DNA of 64,000 nt, taken from positions 10,482 to 74,481 of the forward strand of contig JAKPMO010000015.1 of assembly GCA_029548865.1 (NCBI GenBank). Reading direction: 5' to 3'. Position numbers and translations under genes: made by a program. Below are positions 9,317 to 18,317 of the stretch, one piece after another. Source of the stretch: Caldisericota bacterium (GTDB taxonomy: Bacteria > Caldisericota > Caldisericia > JAAYUI01). A model generated the notes under the pieces. The model did not search any database, had not been told where the DNA came from, and saw nothing but the letters and a program-made list of their open reading frames with translations. The stretch's first letter is position 1, and each line of letters starts with the position of its first letter.

Positions 9317-10562
9317 ATTCCCGGCGATAATCCTCGCCATACTGTTTCTTGCAGGCTGTGGCGGCGGGGCAGTTACCATAGAGACAAACCCAAAGGGTGG
9401 AACAATCATCTTTGAAGGCAAGGAATATACTTCTCCAGCACAGCTTGAGCTTGAAGAAGGTGTCCACAAGATAGAAGCAAAGGTAACGGGGTACCTGCCA
9501 GCACAGGAAGAAATCCTGTACAAAAAAGGGCAGGGAGACAGATTTGTAATCAGCCTCTCAAAAGAACCTGTTGAATCAGACTCAATAAAACCCGTTCTGG
9601 TAGACAAGGCCGTCAGGATAAGGACTTCCCCAAAATCGACAAACAGCTTTCTCTATGTTTATGATCCATTAACTGGCAAAATCGGCAAAGAGCTTGATCT
9701 GGAGACAACACCAATACAAGGTGACTGGGAAAAGATGTGCAGGATTTCCGGTGTCCCGGGAGACTACAACCATCTCTCAGGTCTAGTGGTATTGAAAAAT
9801 GGCGAAGCGTACGGGGCTGTCTATTTAAGGCTGAATGCTGACCCGGCCATCTCGCTTTCCCTCATTGAAGACGGCTGGAAAAAACCATCAGTAAAACCAC
9901 AGCAATTGACAGGCGAGACCAAACAGGAAACCGTCACCCCAAAAAATGATGGCAGTAAATTCACCCTTTTCTCCGGAACAAAAGAAATTGCAAGCTACAC
10001 TGGAAAAGCAAGATTCCTCGGAAAATCAATGGGTGTAAATATTGTTTACACCTACGTTGACGATCAGGGAAGGCAAAAACTGCTCCTTGATGATGGCACC
10101 AAAACAAAAATCCTCTGGGAAGGCGAATACGGGCTTGGTGTTTTCAACCACATAAAAAAACAGGCCTCACCAGTCTGTTTTCTCGGAAATGGCCTTGTTG
10201 CAGCAGCGCTTGCCACAGAAACTGGCTACTCAATTGCTGTTTTTGATACCACTTCCGGGCAGGCAAAATTCTTTGAACCCCTGAAGCGCTTTCCTACAAA
10301 CATAACCGCCATAAAGTATTCTGGCTCGGTGGCCCTGAAAATGACGTTTTCGAATGGCCTATCAAAGACAATCACGGTCCTTCCCGATGGAAGCAAGCTT
10401 GAGATACCAGAAGAAATTGCAAATGCCAGCTTTTATGATTCAGACGGGACATGGCTTGATGCCGGAAATGGATACATCGAACACAGGTTCTGCGAGGGCC
10501 TTTCGGCCTTCATCAAGAAATTTGGGGAAAGATATGTAGTGGTCTGGGCAGGCAAGCCCTGA
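9282..10562 (+). CDS. Lipoprotein with an N-terminal PEGA domain, last gene of the array (start uncertain)
   Basis: Start at the internal ATG gives MTAFSYRSLLNKFPAIILAILFLAGCGG (lipobox LAGC). GGGAVTIETNPKGGTIIFEGKEYTSPAQLELEEGVHKIEAKVTGYLPAQEEIL fits the PEGA pattern. This start overlaps the previous gene by 35 nt; an alternative TTG start lies at 9300. Confidence 0.5.
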   Translation: MTAFSYRSLLNKFPAIILAILFLAGCGGGAVTIETNPKGGTIIFEGKEYTSPAQLELEEGVHKIEAKVTGYLPAQEEILYKKGQGDRFVISLSKEPVESDSIKPVLVDKAVRIRTSPKSTNSFLYVYDPLTGKIGKELDLETTPIQGDWEKMCRISGVPGDYNHLSGLVVLKNGEAYGAVYLRLNADPAISLSLIEDGWKKPSVKPQQLTGETKQETVTPKNDGSKFTLFSGTKEIASYTGKARFLGKSMGVNIVYTYVDDQGRQKLLLDDGTKTKILWEGEYGLGVFNHIKKQASPVCFLGNGLVAAALATETGYSIAVFDTTSGQAKFFEPLKRFPTNITAIKYSGSVALKMTFSNGLSKTITVLPDGSKLEIPEEIANASFYDSDGTWLDAGNGYIEHRFCEGLSAFIKKFGERYVVVWAGKP

Positions 10563-10574
10563 TTTTATCAATAT

Positions 10575-11453
10575 CTACTGTTCACTGACAATCAAACCGA
10601 GTCCTGCAAGCGAAACTTGGGCAATCTCAGAAAATAGAAGCACCGAAAATGATGCCCAGGGCTGCACATCAAAACCATCAAAGACAACCGATAATTTTGT
10701 GTTCTCGCCCTCTTGGAAAAAGGAGAACCTTAAGGAAAGCGGAGATGCTGGTGAGAAAGGATTGTCTTTTGCAACAAGCGTTATCCTGTCGCTTTCAAAT
10801 TCAGAAACAACCCCATGAAGCAAAATATTTCCCCATGGCCTCTGCCATGCAATCTGGAACTGGCCGCTCTCCCTGGCTTCAATCTGGACCATGTCGGCAA
10901 GCCACTTCACGGCCTCATCGGCACGCAAAAGCATCGACCTGAGAGTGTCTGGTGTCGCCTTTATAATTGTTGATGCCTCGATTGATCTTGTGCCAGAAAC
11001 ACATTTTTCAGGCTCTTTTCCAAAAAACTTTGTCAACATGGCCATTTTTGTGTAGGCCCATGATGAGGCGGAAAGCAGGGGGGCGTCCCCGGTGTGCGTC
11101 AGATCAAACCCTGACAATTTGAGCTTGCATATCTCCCCAAATTCGAACTGTACGGCTAACTCGAAGAGGTCAGGCCTGTGGTGCCACGGATTGCCCTCAA
11201 AAATTGCCTTCAGGCTCTCATACTGCCTGGATTCCTGGGTTTCTATATGCCACGAGGCCGAGAAACTTGGTTCAAGGCCCCATATTTGCCCTTCACAGCC
11301 TTCAATTGTTGAAATTTCCAGGCCCTCACCCCAAGCCCTGGCAAGTTTGGCCTTGTCATTAAATAACTCCCAGACTGTCGGCACGAGGATGCCAAGATTT
11401 GAGACCACTTCAATTGAGCGCTGGCCCTGGGGCCTGTAGAAGCCCTTTGTCAT
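10575..11453 (-). CDS. Cytoplasmic protein, possibly SRPBCC/AHSA1-like tandem-domain fold (low confidence)
   Basis: 292 aa, no signal peptide. Its start overlaps the upstream transglutaminase-like gene stop by 4 nt (ATGA). Confidence 0.45.
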   Translation of the reverse strand: MTKGFYRPQGQRSIEVVSNLGILVPTVWELFNDKAKLARAWGEGLEISTIEGCEGQIWGLEPSFSASWHIETQESRQYESLKAIFEGNPWHHRPDLFELAVQFEFGEICKLKLSGFDLTHTGDAPLLSASSWAYTKMAMLTKFFGKEPEKCVSGTRSIEASTIIKATPDTLRSMLLRADEAVKWLADMVQIEARESGQFQIAWQRPWGNILLHGVVSEFESDRITLVAKDNPFSPASPLSLRFSFFQEGENTKLSVVFDGFDVQPWASFSVLLFSEIAQVSLAGLGLIVSEQ

Positions 11454-12202
11454 ATCATTCTCAATCTCGATACATTCTTTGTGATCGATGGCGAAACAAC
11501 TGTCGAAAAAATAAAGGACTGTACCTTCTTTGGTATGTGTTCAGCAAAAATTTCTTCCACGTTAGTATGAACACCAAGATCCTCAAGAACACATGTGGAC
11601 TGGCAGAAAGTGTCACTCTCGCCATCCCAGTTCTCTATGTCTTTTGAGAGAACAAGGAGCGGCCTCTTGTCTGCAACCCCAAGACTGAAGCATGGCCTGT
11701 CATCATTGAGTATTGTTGAAAGCTTTTCCAGATACATCCTGTCCAGGACAACCCCCTCAAGCGTTATCCACCTGCCCTTCAGGTGGATTTCTGGCATGAG
11801 GTGGACCATGGTCTTCGGAACAAACCTCTCGACGATACCCACATAAAGCCCCTTCAGGTACGAGCTGTCGGCGATGGAAACCTTGAACCTCGCTGGTATC
11901 CTGGCAAGTCTCATCATGGAGACAAGGCAAACGGATTTTGAAACCGAGTCCCCGCCACCTGTCGCAAGTACTTGCGACGCCTTGGTCAAGATTGACGGCG
12001 GCAACATGAAAACCAGGTTGTCTTTGACAAAATGGTAGATCACTCTTGCGGCGTCATTTGGATTTGTTACACCGCCCAGTATCGATTCGGTCATCTGCAC
12101 GACGGACTTTGAAGACAGGTCGCAAAGCTCCGATTCCTCAAGATACTCCCCAAAACCGACAGGGCCCTCCCATGGTAAACTCAACAAATCAAGCGTCTTC
12201 AT
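11450..12202 (-). CDS. Transglutaminase-like cysteine-protease superfamily protein
   Basis: Motif GGGDSVSKSVCLVSMMRLARIPARF matches the transglutaminase-core Cys nucleophile region followed by R(L/A)xGIPAR. The ATG at 12202 sits next to GGAGG; the tool ORF extends 5' from a TTG. Confidence 0.55.
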   Translation of the reverse strand: MKTLDLLSLPWEGPVGFGEYLEESELCDLSSKSVVQMTESILGGVTNPNDAARVIYHFVKDNLVFMLPPSILTKASQVLATGGGDSVSKSVCLVSMMRLARIPARFKVSIADSSYLKGLYVGIVERFVPKTMVHLMPEIHLKGRWITLEGVVLDRMYLEKLSTILNDDRPCFSLGVADKRPLLVLSKDIENWDGESDTFCQSTCVLEDLGVHTNVEEIFAEHIPKKVQSFIFSTVVSPSITKNVSRLRMI

Positions 12203-12361
12203 CCTCCCTAATTTATCCCCCAAGCTGGATAAGTTCAAGTGGACCCGTGCAAAACCAAGATTCTTAAAGCAATGACAAATGCTGTTCCATAAAGCATTCT
12301 GAAGTGTCCAAAAAAACATATCCTGTTTTTCCGTGTCAAAAATGCCATGGAAAGGAGTATT

Positions 12362-13507
12362 ATGAAGAAATTCGCTGTTTTGACAGTATTATTCATGGTT
12401 CTCGCCCTCCCACTCATAGGCTGTGGAAGCGGCGATGGGGCAAATAGTGGCGGCACAGACACTGGCAAGCAAGTGGCAACACACCAGGACTGGCCAATGA
12501 TGATGGGGAACATGTCAAGGACTGGCACCGCAACAGGTGGAATCTCGGCCCAGCCGGCAATCGAGAAGGCGTGGGAGTTTGAATCAAAGGAACCCCTGAG
12601 GGGCCAACCGGTTGCATCAAACGGAAAAGCGTACTTTGGCAGTGACAAGCTTTATTGCCTGGACATCCCGACAGGCAAGGAAGAATGGAGCTTCCAGGCA
12701 GACGCAAAAATCTGGAACACACCGTGCATCTCTGGCGAGAAGATTTATTTTGCCGATGAAGCTGGAAAGTTCTACTGTGTGAACACCAGGTCAAAAAACC
12801 CGGTCTGGACATCAAAGTTCTCCTCAAAGATCGAGTCTTCACCAGCAGTTAGTAGTGGAGTGGCATTCTTTGGCGACATGGGCGGCAACTTCCACTGCCT
12901 GAACGCCGACAGCGGCTATGAATACTGGAGCTTCAAGGCCGGGAGGGGAATCGCCTCTGCACCGGCCCTGCTGGATGGCAAGGTCTATTTTGGCTCGCAG
13001 GACCAGAAACTGTACTGCCTCAACCAGGAAACTAGCGAGCTGGTCTGGGAGAGCAAGACCGATGACGGAATAGTCAACCCGGTTGTTGCCTCGTCCGGAA
13101 AAGTCTGGGCAATCGTTGGTGACGCCAATCTGGTCTGCTTCGATGCACTCACTGGCGCAAAGCTGTGGACATTCAAGAGCGGCGACAAGGTGACCGCACC
13201 AGCCGTTTACGACCAGTTTGTCTTTACAGGCTCGGACTTAGACACCTTCTATTGCCTGAATATTGCAGACGGCAAGGAAGTCTGGAATGCACCCGTTGGT
13301 GACAACGTGTTTGGCTCACCAGCAATCTGTGGCGACAAGGTGTTTTTCGGCAGCGACAACAAGACGCTCTACTGCATGGACGCAAAAACCGGCAAGGAGC
13401 TTGCAAAGCTGGATTGCGGCTATCCGATCAACGCAAACATCGCAATCTCTGACGGCACCATCATCACCTGCACCGACGGGAAGGTGCTCTGCTTTACAAT
13501 CAGGTGA
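12362..13507 (+). CDS. PQQ/BamB-like beta-propeller repeat lipoprotein
   Basis: AAAGGAG-N5-ATG. MKKFAVLTVLFMVLALPLIGCGSG lipobox. Repeated (K/Q)(L/V)YCL(D/N) ... GKE(V/L)W blades. Confidence 0.75.
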   Translation: MKKFAVLTVLFMVLALPLIGCGSGDGANSGGTDTGKQVATHQDWPMMMGNMSRTGTATGGISAQPAIEKAWEFESKEPLRGQPVASNGKAYFGSDKLYCLDIPTGKEEWSFQADAKIWNTPCISGEKIYFADEAGKFYCVNTRSKNPVWTSKFSSKIESSPAVSSGVAFFGDMGGNFHCLNADSGYEYWSFKAGRGIASAPALLDGKVYFGSQDQKLYCLNQETSELVWESKTDDGIVNPVVASSGKVWAIVGDANLVCFDALTGAKLWTFKSGDKVTAPAVYDQFVFTGSDLDTFYCLNIADGKEVWNAPVGDNVFGSPAICGDKVFFGSDNKTLYCMDAKTGKELAKLDCGYPINANIAISDGTIITCTDGKVLCFTIR

Positions 13508-13530
13508 GACCCTATTCTGTTCTTTTGGAC

Positions 13531-13560
13531 AAAGCCTCCTCGATTACCGAGGGGGCTTTG
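13531..13560. terminator. Probable bidirectional terminator hairpin between convergent genes
   Basis: AGCCTCCTCG...CGAGGGGGCT stem (1 mismatch) flanked by T- and A-rich runs. Confidence 0.45.
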
Positions 13561-13572
13561 TCATTTATCAAA

Positions 13573-14892
13573 CTATTTTTCTTCATATTCTGGCCCAAGA
13601 TCCATCTTGATAAGATCGTATTGGCCTTCTGCTGTATTCATGTAGTCACATTCCCAAACAGAATCTTCTGTGTAAAAATAGATTTTGTATGAGAGAAACA
13701 GAACGTTTACAACTTTTCCAGGGATTTCCCTGTAAGAATGTTTTCTAAACAATCTATTTTGGTTATCCCGGACTGTTTGCATATCATAGACCAACGTGGA
13801 ATCTGGATTGTATTGGCAAAAGTAATAAAGACTGATATCCGGAGTCCGTACATATGACAATGGTTTATAATCAACCTCGAACAATCTACTTGCAATAAAA
13901 TCTCCAGCATTATTCATACGGCTGTCAAATACACGCTTAGTACTTATATAAAACATAGCATTACTACCAAAATAGAACTCGTAATCAAGTTGCTTTGTGA
14001 AAGTTGTATCCAGGAACTCTCTTGAATAAATTACTGATTTATTGAATCTATCTATAAGATGGATCGCTTTACCATCATACAGACTGAAAAGCCAACCATA
14101 ACCATATCCCTCAAGGCTATTCAAATCATTAATTACACTCTTTGTTAAATCACCTTCCGTTCCCAGGTCTATTTTAAAATCAACAAGTAACTGGCCATCA
14201 ACAAACTTGTAAAAATAAACAATTTTGCCATCGTATCCGACCATTGTTGGTGACGTAGGGCTGAATTCGTTGTATCTCAGATCTGCAAAAAGCATTGGTG
14301 ATTCAAGAGATTTTATATGCCCTGTTTTCCCCCACGGATCACTTAGATAAAGCAACTTATTGTCATTTGACTGGCAGACAAGCAGAGCTTTATGATCCTT
14401 GTCATTATGAGAAATTGATATTATTTTATCAGCTTTTGTTGAGAAACTGGCTGATTTTGTCTCGTTTGCATTACCTTTTATTAGATTAGAATAATCAAAC
14501 TGATATAGAACAATTGTATTAGAGGTGTTGCCGCGACACAAGAATACTAAATAGTTTTTATCGTACTCACTATTGTGATATCCCCCAGATTCTGTCGTGG
14601 TTGTTGAGTTATTTTTTAGGGAATATGACAAAACTTCACCAGGCAGGTTGATTGTTTTGACTGGTTGCTGCAACAGTGGATCTTTGTATGTTGTTACCTC
14701 TTGGTCATTTACGAGTATTGGAAAAAACAATTCACGATGAACCTTTCCCTCATCGCTCAAGATACCAATTATTTTCCCTGGAGGTCTCTTATCGGACACA
14801 AGTTTGACCTCATATGGTTTTGCAAAGGAACAAGATGAGCAAAACAAAAATATAACCCCAAACAAAGATAATCCCCTGGACATTTTTTTCAT
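13573..14892 (-). CDS. Secreted Tyr-rich protein, low GC, LPGE-motif family member
   Basis: Signal peptide MKKMSRGLSLFGVIFLFCSSCSFA. Motif NLPGEVLSY ~85 aa from the N-terminus. Strongly AT-rich relative to the flanks. 19 nt downstream of the membrane protein gene at 14911-15888. Confidence 0.55.
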   Translation of the reverse strand: MKKMSRGLSLFGVIFLFCSSCSFAKPYEVKLVSDKRPPGKIIGILSDEGKVHRELFFPILVNDQEVTTYKDPLLQQPVKTINLPGEVLSYSLKNNSTTTTESGGYHNSEYDKNYLVFLCRGNTSNTIVLYQFDYSNLIKGNANETKSASFSTKADKIISISHNDKDHKALLVCQSNDNKLLYLSDPWGKTGHIKSLESPMLFADLRYNEFSPTSPTMVGYDGKIVYFYKFVDGQLLVDFKIDLGTEGDLTKSVINDLNSLEGYGYGWLFSLYDGKAIHLIDRFNKSVIYSREFLDTTFTKQLDYEFYFGSNAMFYISTKRVFDSRMNNAGDFIASRLFEVDYKPLSYVRTPDISLYYFCQYNPDSTLVYDMQTVRDNQNRLFRKHSYREIPGKVVNVLFLSYKIYFYTEDSVWECDYMNTAEGQYDLIKMDLGPEYEEK

Positions 14893-14910
14893 TTTGTCTC
14901 CAATAATATA

Positions 14911-15888
14911 TTAGTTCTCCCCGGCCTCATCGCCCTCAAGCGCTGAACTTGTCCTTCCAGTAAGAGAAAGGATGCAGTATATCGCCAGCCCGGCAATGCC
15001 CAGAAAGCCCAGAACAAGCGCGGCCCACTCGTCTCCGGAGAGGAACCCGAAGCCTGTCGAGGTGTGGACGCTTACTAGTGTCCACGTTGAAACTTCAAAA
15101 CCCTGCACCAAAATTTCGTAGATCATATACGCAAGCCCAAGCAAAACCGGGTAAGCCATCAGCCTTGAGAGCCAGACCGTGGCAAGGGCAAAGCACAGGA
15201 CAAGGATCTTCACAAAAAGCTCTGTTTCAAAAGGCACGGCAAATGTTGCTGCGACGCATGCCACAACAAAGACTGTCGCAAGAAGCATTTTGACAAGCGC
15301 ATTGCCCTTCTTTGCCGGCTTCTCTGCGGATGCCTCCCTGACATTCTCCCTGACAGCATTTGCGGCCTCCTGCCAGGGGCCTCTTCCGGTAAAGATGATC
15401 ATGACATTGCGCCATGTGTTGCGGAGCGTTATCCTGCCGCGTTTTTCATTGTAGAGTACCTGGTTGATGTTTTTCCACGGAACATAGATTGTCTCTTGCG
15501 ATCTGGCAAGGAGCCCAGCGCCGGCCGCCTGGCCACCGCCCAGGAACCCGGCGCCGATTGCGACCCTGTTTGCCATTTTCACCCTTCTGTCCAGCGTTTC
15601 GAAGGTGGCGCCCTCGGAATCAAGCGTGTATTTTATGTGGTAGGAGTTCCGGAAAACAATCAGCATGACGAGGGCAGAAAGCACCATCAGACCGCCGACA
15701 ATCAGCGCAAACATCCAGACAATCTGGAGAAATCCCTCCATTTCGCCCTGGAGCAGAAAAATAAAGCCCATAAGCAAAACAACGATGAGATAGGTCAGAC
15801 CAAAACCCTTGAGTATGTCGGTGAGTATCGCCGTGTTGGCCAGGAGTGGCACCTTTATTTCCCACGAAATATTCTTGCTGTTTTCCAT
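14911..15888 (-). CDS. Polytopic membrane protein of unknown function
   Basis: 325 aa with multiple hydrophobic helices and a Gly/Ala-rich loop. Likely co-transcribed with 13573-14892. Confidence 0.55.
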   Translation of the reverse strand: MENSKNISWEIKVPLLANTAILTDILKGFGLTYLIVVLLMGFIFLLQGEMEGFLQIVWMFALIVGGLMVLSALVMLIVFRNSYHIKYTLDSEGATFETLDRRVKMANRVAIGAGFLGGGQAAGAGLLARSQETIYVPWKNINQVLYNEKRGRITLRNTWRNVMIIFTGRGPWQEAANAVRENVREASAEKPAKKGNALVKMLLATVFVVACVAATFAVPFETELFVKILVLCFALATVWLSRLMAYPVLLGLAYMIYEILVQGFEVSTWTLVSVHTSTGFGFLSGDEWAALVLGFLGIAGLAIYCILSLTGRTSSALEGDEAGEN

Positions 15889-16057
15889 TATCTGCTCCTT
15901 TGTTTTTGTGGCCGTTTTCTAAAAAAATGATAGCCCAGCCCGCAAGGAAAGTAAACTTTTTGGGAACAAATCTGGCCAGAGCAAGCACGGGAAGGCGCAA
16001 CAGACAAAACGCCAAAACGCCCCGTATAAGAAATCAAATAACACAAGGAGGCAGAAG

Positions 16058-16807
16058 ATGAAGAAAATAGCAATATTTTTGGCCATTGCCAGTCTGGCAG
16101 TTGGCGCCTCATGGATACCACAAGCAAGAGCAGACGGGACAAGCGAGATAATAAGCAACCTCCCAGGGGACGCACAATGCCAGTTTGAGGTCTGGTGGAG
16201 AAAGGACCCGGGGACAACAATCGTCAATGAAGGCAAAACAGCAACGTTCAAGTTTGGGATCACCAACTGGGAATATCCGGACAAAATGCACTTTGTCATC
16301 ACAACATCAGACAAAAACATCCAGTTCCAGAAGACCGATTTCTACTCAAACGAGACTTTTATGGAGATGACAATCACGATCACAATGCCAAAGAGGCAGT
16401 CTGGCCAGAAGGTCGCCTACTGGAGCTTCAAGATCACCTCCGACTGTGGCAGGCATTATTCGGTCAAATTCCATGTCCACTACCCGGAGGAATGCTGCTC
16501 CTACAAGACATCCTGGGAAAAGGAGCCTGCAAGCTTCAAGGTTGCCCAGAACAAAACCTGCTCGTTCAAATTTGTGGTGGAAAACAAATGCAGCGAGGCC
16601 CCAATCGATTTCCAGCTCTCAAGCAACATATCATCACTCGGTTTTTCCAGAAAAAGCTTCACTGTCCAGCCCGGGAAAAAGTTTGAAATCACCGTGACCA
16701 TCAAACAGCCGTCCCAGGGTGGCAAGTCAAAATCGGACTGGAGCTTCAAGATAAAACCGGCATGCGGGCAGGAAAAGCAGATCAGTTTTAGTGTAAAATA
16801 TCCATAA
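16058..16807 (+). CDS. Secreted protein with two internal repeats each ending WSFKI...CG...(F/Y)SVK(F/Y)...YP (Ig-like?)
   Basis: AGGAGG-N6-ATG. Signal peptide MKKIAIFLAIASLAVGASWIPQARA. Repeats AYWSFKITSDCGRHYSVKFHVHYP and SDWSFKIKPACGQEKQISFSVKYP. Confidence 0.6.
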   Translation: MKKIAIFLAIASLAVGASWIPQARADGTSEIISNLPGDAQCQFEVWWRKDPGTTIVNEGKTATFKFGITNWEYPDKMHFVITTSDKNIQFQKTDFYSNETFMEMTITITMPKRQSGQKVAYWSFKITSDCGRHYSVKFHVHYPEECCSYKTSWEKEPASFKVAQNKTCSFKFVVENKCSEAPIDFQLSSNISSLGFSRKSFTVQPGKKFEITVTIKQPSQGGKSKSDWSFKIKPACGQEKQISFSVKYP

Positions 16808-16825
16808 TTTCAAAGAGACTTGGTG

Positions 16826-16858
16826 GAAAAAGCGGGGTTTTGCCCCGCTTTTTTTATT
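16826..16858 (+). terminator. Rho-independent terminator
   Basis: AAAGCGGGGTTTTGCCCCGCTTTTTTTATTTT. Confidence 0.65.
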
Positions 16859-16875
16859 TTTGGAGGGAGGGTAAG

Positions 16876-16930
16876 ATCTTATTGTTATAAAATCTGGATT
16901 GTTGTATATTGCCCTTTGAGGTGGCGCGAC
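16876..16930 (+). promoter_or_regulatory. Copy 1 of a duplicated ~52-bp promoter/leader element (TTGTTA-N17-TATATT followed by GAGGTGG)
   Basis: Near-identical to 18262-18316. Contains sigma70-like -35/-10 boxes with a 17-nt spacer and a Shine-Dalgarno-like GAGGTGG. Confidence 0.55.
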
Positions 16931-16938
16931 AATAACTA

Positions 16939-18156
16939 ATGCCAAAAAAACATTTACCAATATATAAGCATGCAATATTACTTCTAGTTGGGACAACACT
17001 ATTACTATTTCCGAAGAATACAGGTTCCAATAATACATTACCCACAAAAAAAGTGATATTCAAATCTGAATATATGATAAATAATCCATTTATTAATTCT
17101 AGATACATTGTCTGGTCCCAACATATCAAAGACGAGAGCGGCATCACTTACAAAATATTATCTTTTGATACAATTACAGGCAACTTAATAGAAGTCGCTA
17201 CCGATGATTCTTTGATGGAGATGCCGGGCGATAACAACATTTATCTGGGGATAGCTCATTGTTGTTGGATTAATATTGAGGGAAAGGGAGCCAATGCGTT
17301 TGTAATAAAGGGTAGCAAGGTTTATAATAATCGTTCTGAAATAAAAATCTCCAAAGGAAGACTGCCTTGGAAGAATGCCAATGTTTATAACAGCTATGTG
17401 ACGTATGTTGAAGCAAATGATGAAAATCTGTGCTCGTACGTTGTTGATTTATCAGAAATACAGCCAAAATACATTTTGCTTACTCAAAAAGCACGCGTTT
17501 CTACCACACCCAGGTTATCCCATAACCAAGTAGTATATGAAGCTACTGATGATGATGGTAATCCTTCTATATTTCTATATGATCTAGACAGGGGTACTTC
17601 TTTGAAAATATCACAAGATACTTTTCTTGCATCTAACCCTCACGTTACAAAAAATTATGTCTATTATTTATCCAGTTCCACTTCAAATGATACTGTAAAT
17701 GTAATGTGCTATGATATTAAGAACCATGAATACACCAATATTTATCAATTAAAAAAGGGGCTTCATATTAGCCTAATAAATAACCCTGATAGTGATCTAC
17801 TCATGTTTAGTACCCAGGGTGATGATCATGGCACTCCAAATATTATGTGCTACGATCCTTTTACAAAAAAAGTACTTTGCCTTGATAAATATCTTTCTGA
17901 GATAAATATGCCTGGTTCTATTGAACTCAATAGTGGATGCTCACAAGCTAGGGATATAGTTTTAATTGTAAAGAACGTTTTATTGATATTGAACGTTGAT
18001 AATTATGGGTCTATTAGCTGCAAATACATTGATAAATCAACAAATGGATCGATGAAAAAGCGCCTTGCAAGGATTTACTGCAATAATATAATTTGGGTAG
18101 AATCTCCAAATGGTAGCAGCATCTCACAACTATATTGTTTGTCATTGAGCAAATAA
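16939..18156 (+). CDS. Membrane-anchored extracytoplasmic protein, probable beta-propeller (TolB/DUF5050-like repeats?), low GC
   Basis: N-terminal TM helix AILLLVGTTLLLF. Recurring YV(T/Y)Y, VVYEATDDDGNPSIFLYDLDRG and DLLMFSTQGDDHGTPNIMCYD repeats. The annotated ATG lies 17 nt after the GAGGTGG, so the true start may differ. Confidence 0.45.
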   Translation: MPKKHLPIYKHAILLLVGTTLLLFPKNTGSNNTLPTKKVIFKSEYMINNPFINSRYIVWSQHIKDESGITYKILSFDTITGNLIEVATDDSLMEMPGDNNIYLGIAHCCWINIEGKGANAFVIKGSKVYNNRSEIKISKGRLPWKNANVYNSYVTYVEANDENLCSYVVDLSEIQPKYILLTQKARVSTTPRLSHNQVVYEATDDDGNPSIFLYDLDRGTSLKISQDTFLASNPHVTKNYVYYLSSSTSNDTVNVMCYDIKNHEYTNIYQLKKGLHISLINNPDSDLLMFSTQGDDHGTPNIMCYDPFTKKVLCLDKYLSEINMPGSIELNSGCSQARDIVLIVKNVLLILNVDNYGSISCKYIDKSTNGSMKKRLARIYCNNIIWVESPNGSSISQLYCLSLSK

Positions 18157-18261
18157 AACCTAAAGGGTTTTCTACCAACCTTGGAAGACAACAAAAAACT
18201 GTTTATTTCTACACAAATCGTGGGGTGTACAAATACCAGGAAAAATGATTCAAAATCAATC

Positions 18262-18316
18262 TCTTGCTTATTGTTATAAAACCTGGATTGTTGTATATTG
18301 CCTTTTGAGGTGGCGC
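18262..18316 (+). promoter_or_regulatory. Copy 2 of the duplicated promoter/leader element, immediately upstream of the ATG at 18318
   Basis: CTTATTGTTATAAAACCTGGATTGTTGTATATTGCCTTTTGAGGTGGCGCG-ATG. Differs from copy 1 at about 2 positions. Confidence 0.55.
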
Positions 18317-18317
18317 G

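Noticed and set aside
16727-17047. Conserved peptide PPQ(R/K)AIYNNP(D/G)FITI encoded in minus-strand ORFs 16727-17047 and 18209-18472
   Set aside because: The conservation is explained by the duplicated promoter/leader DNA element on the plus strand. These ORFs are its accidental minus-strand translations, not genes.
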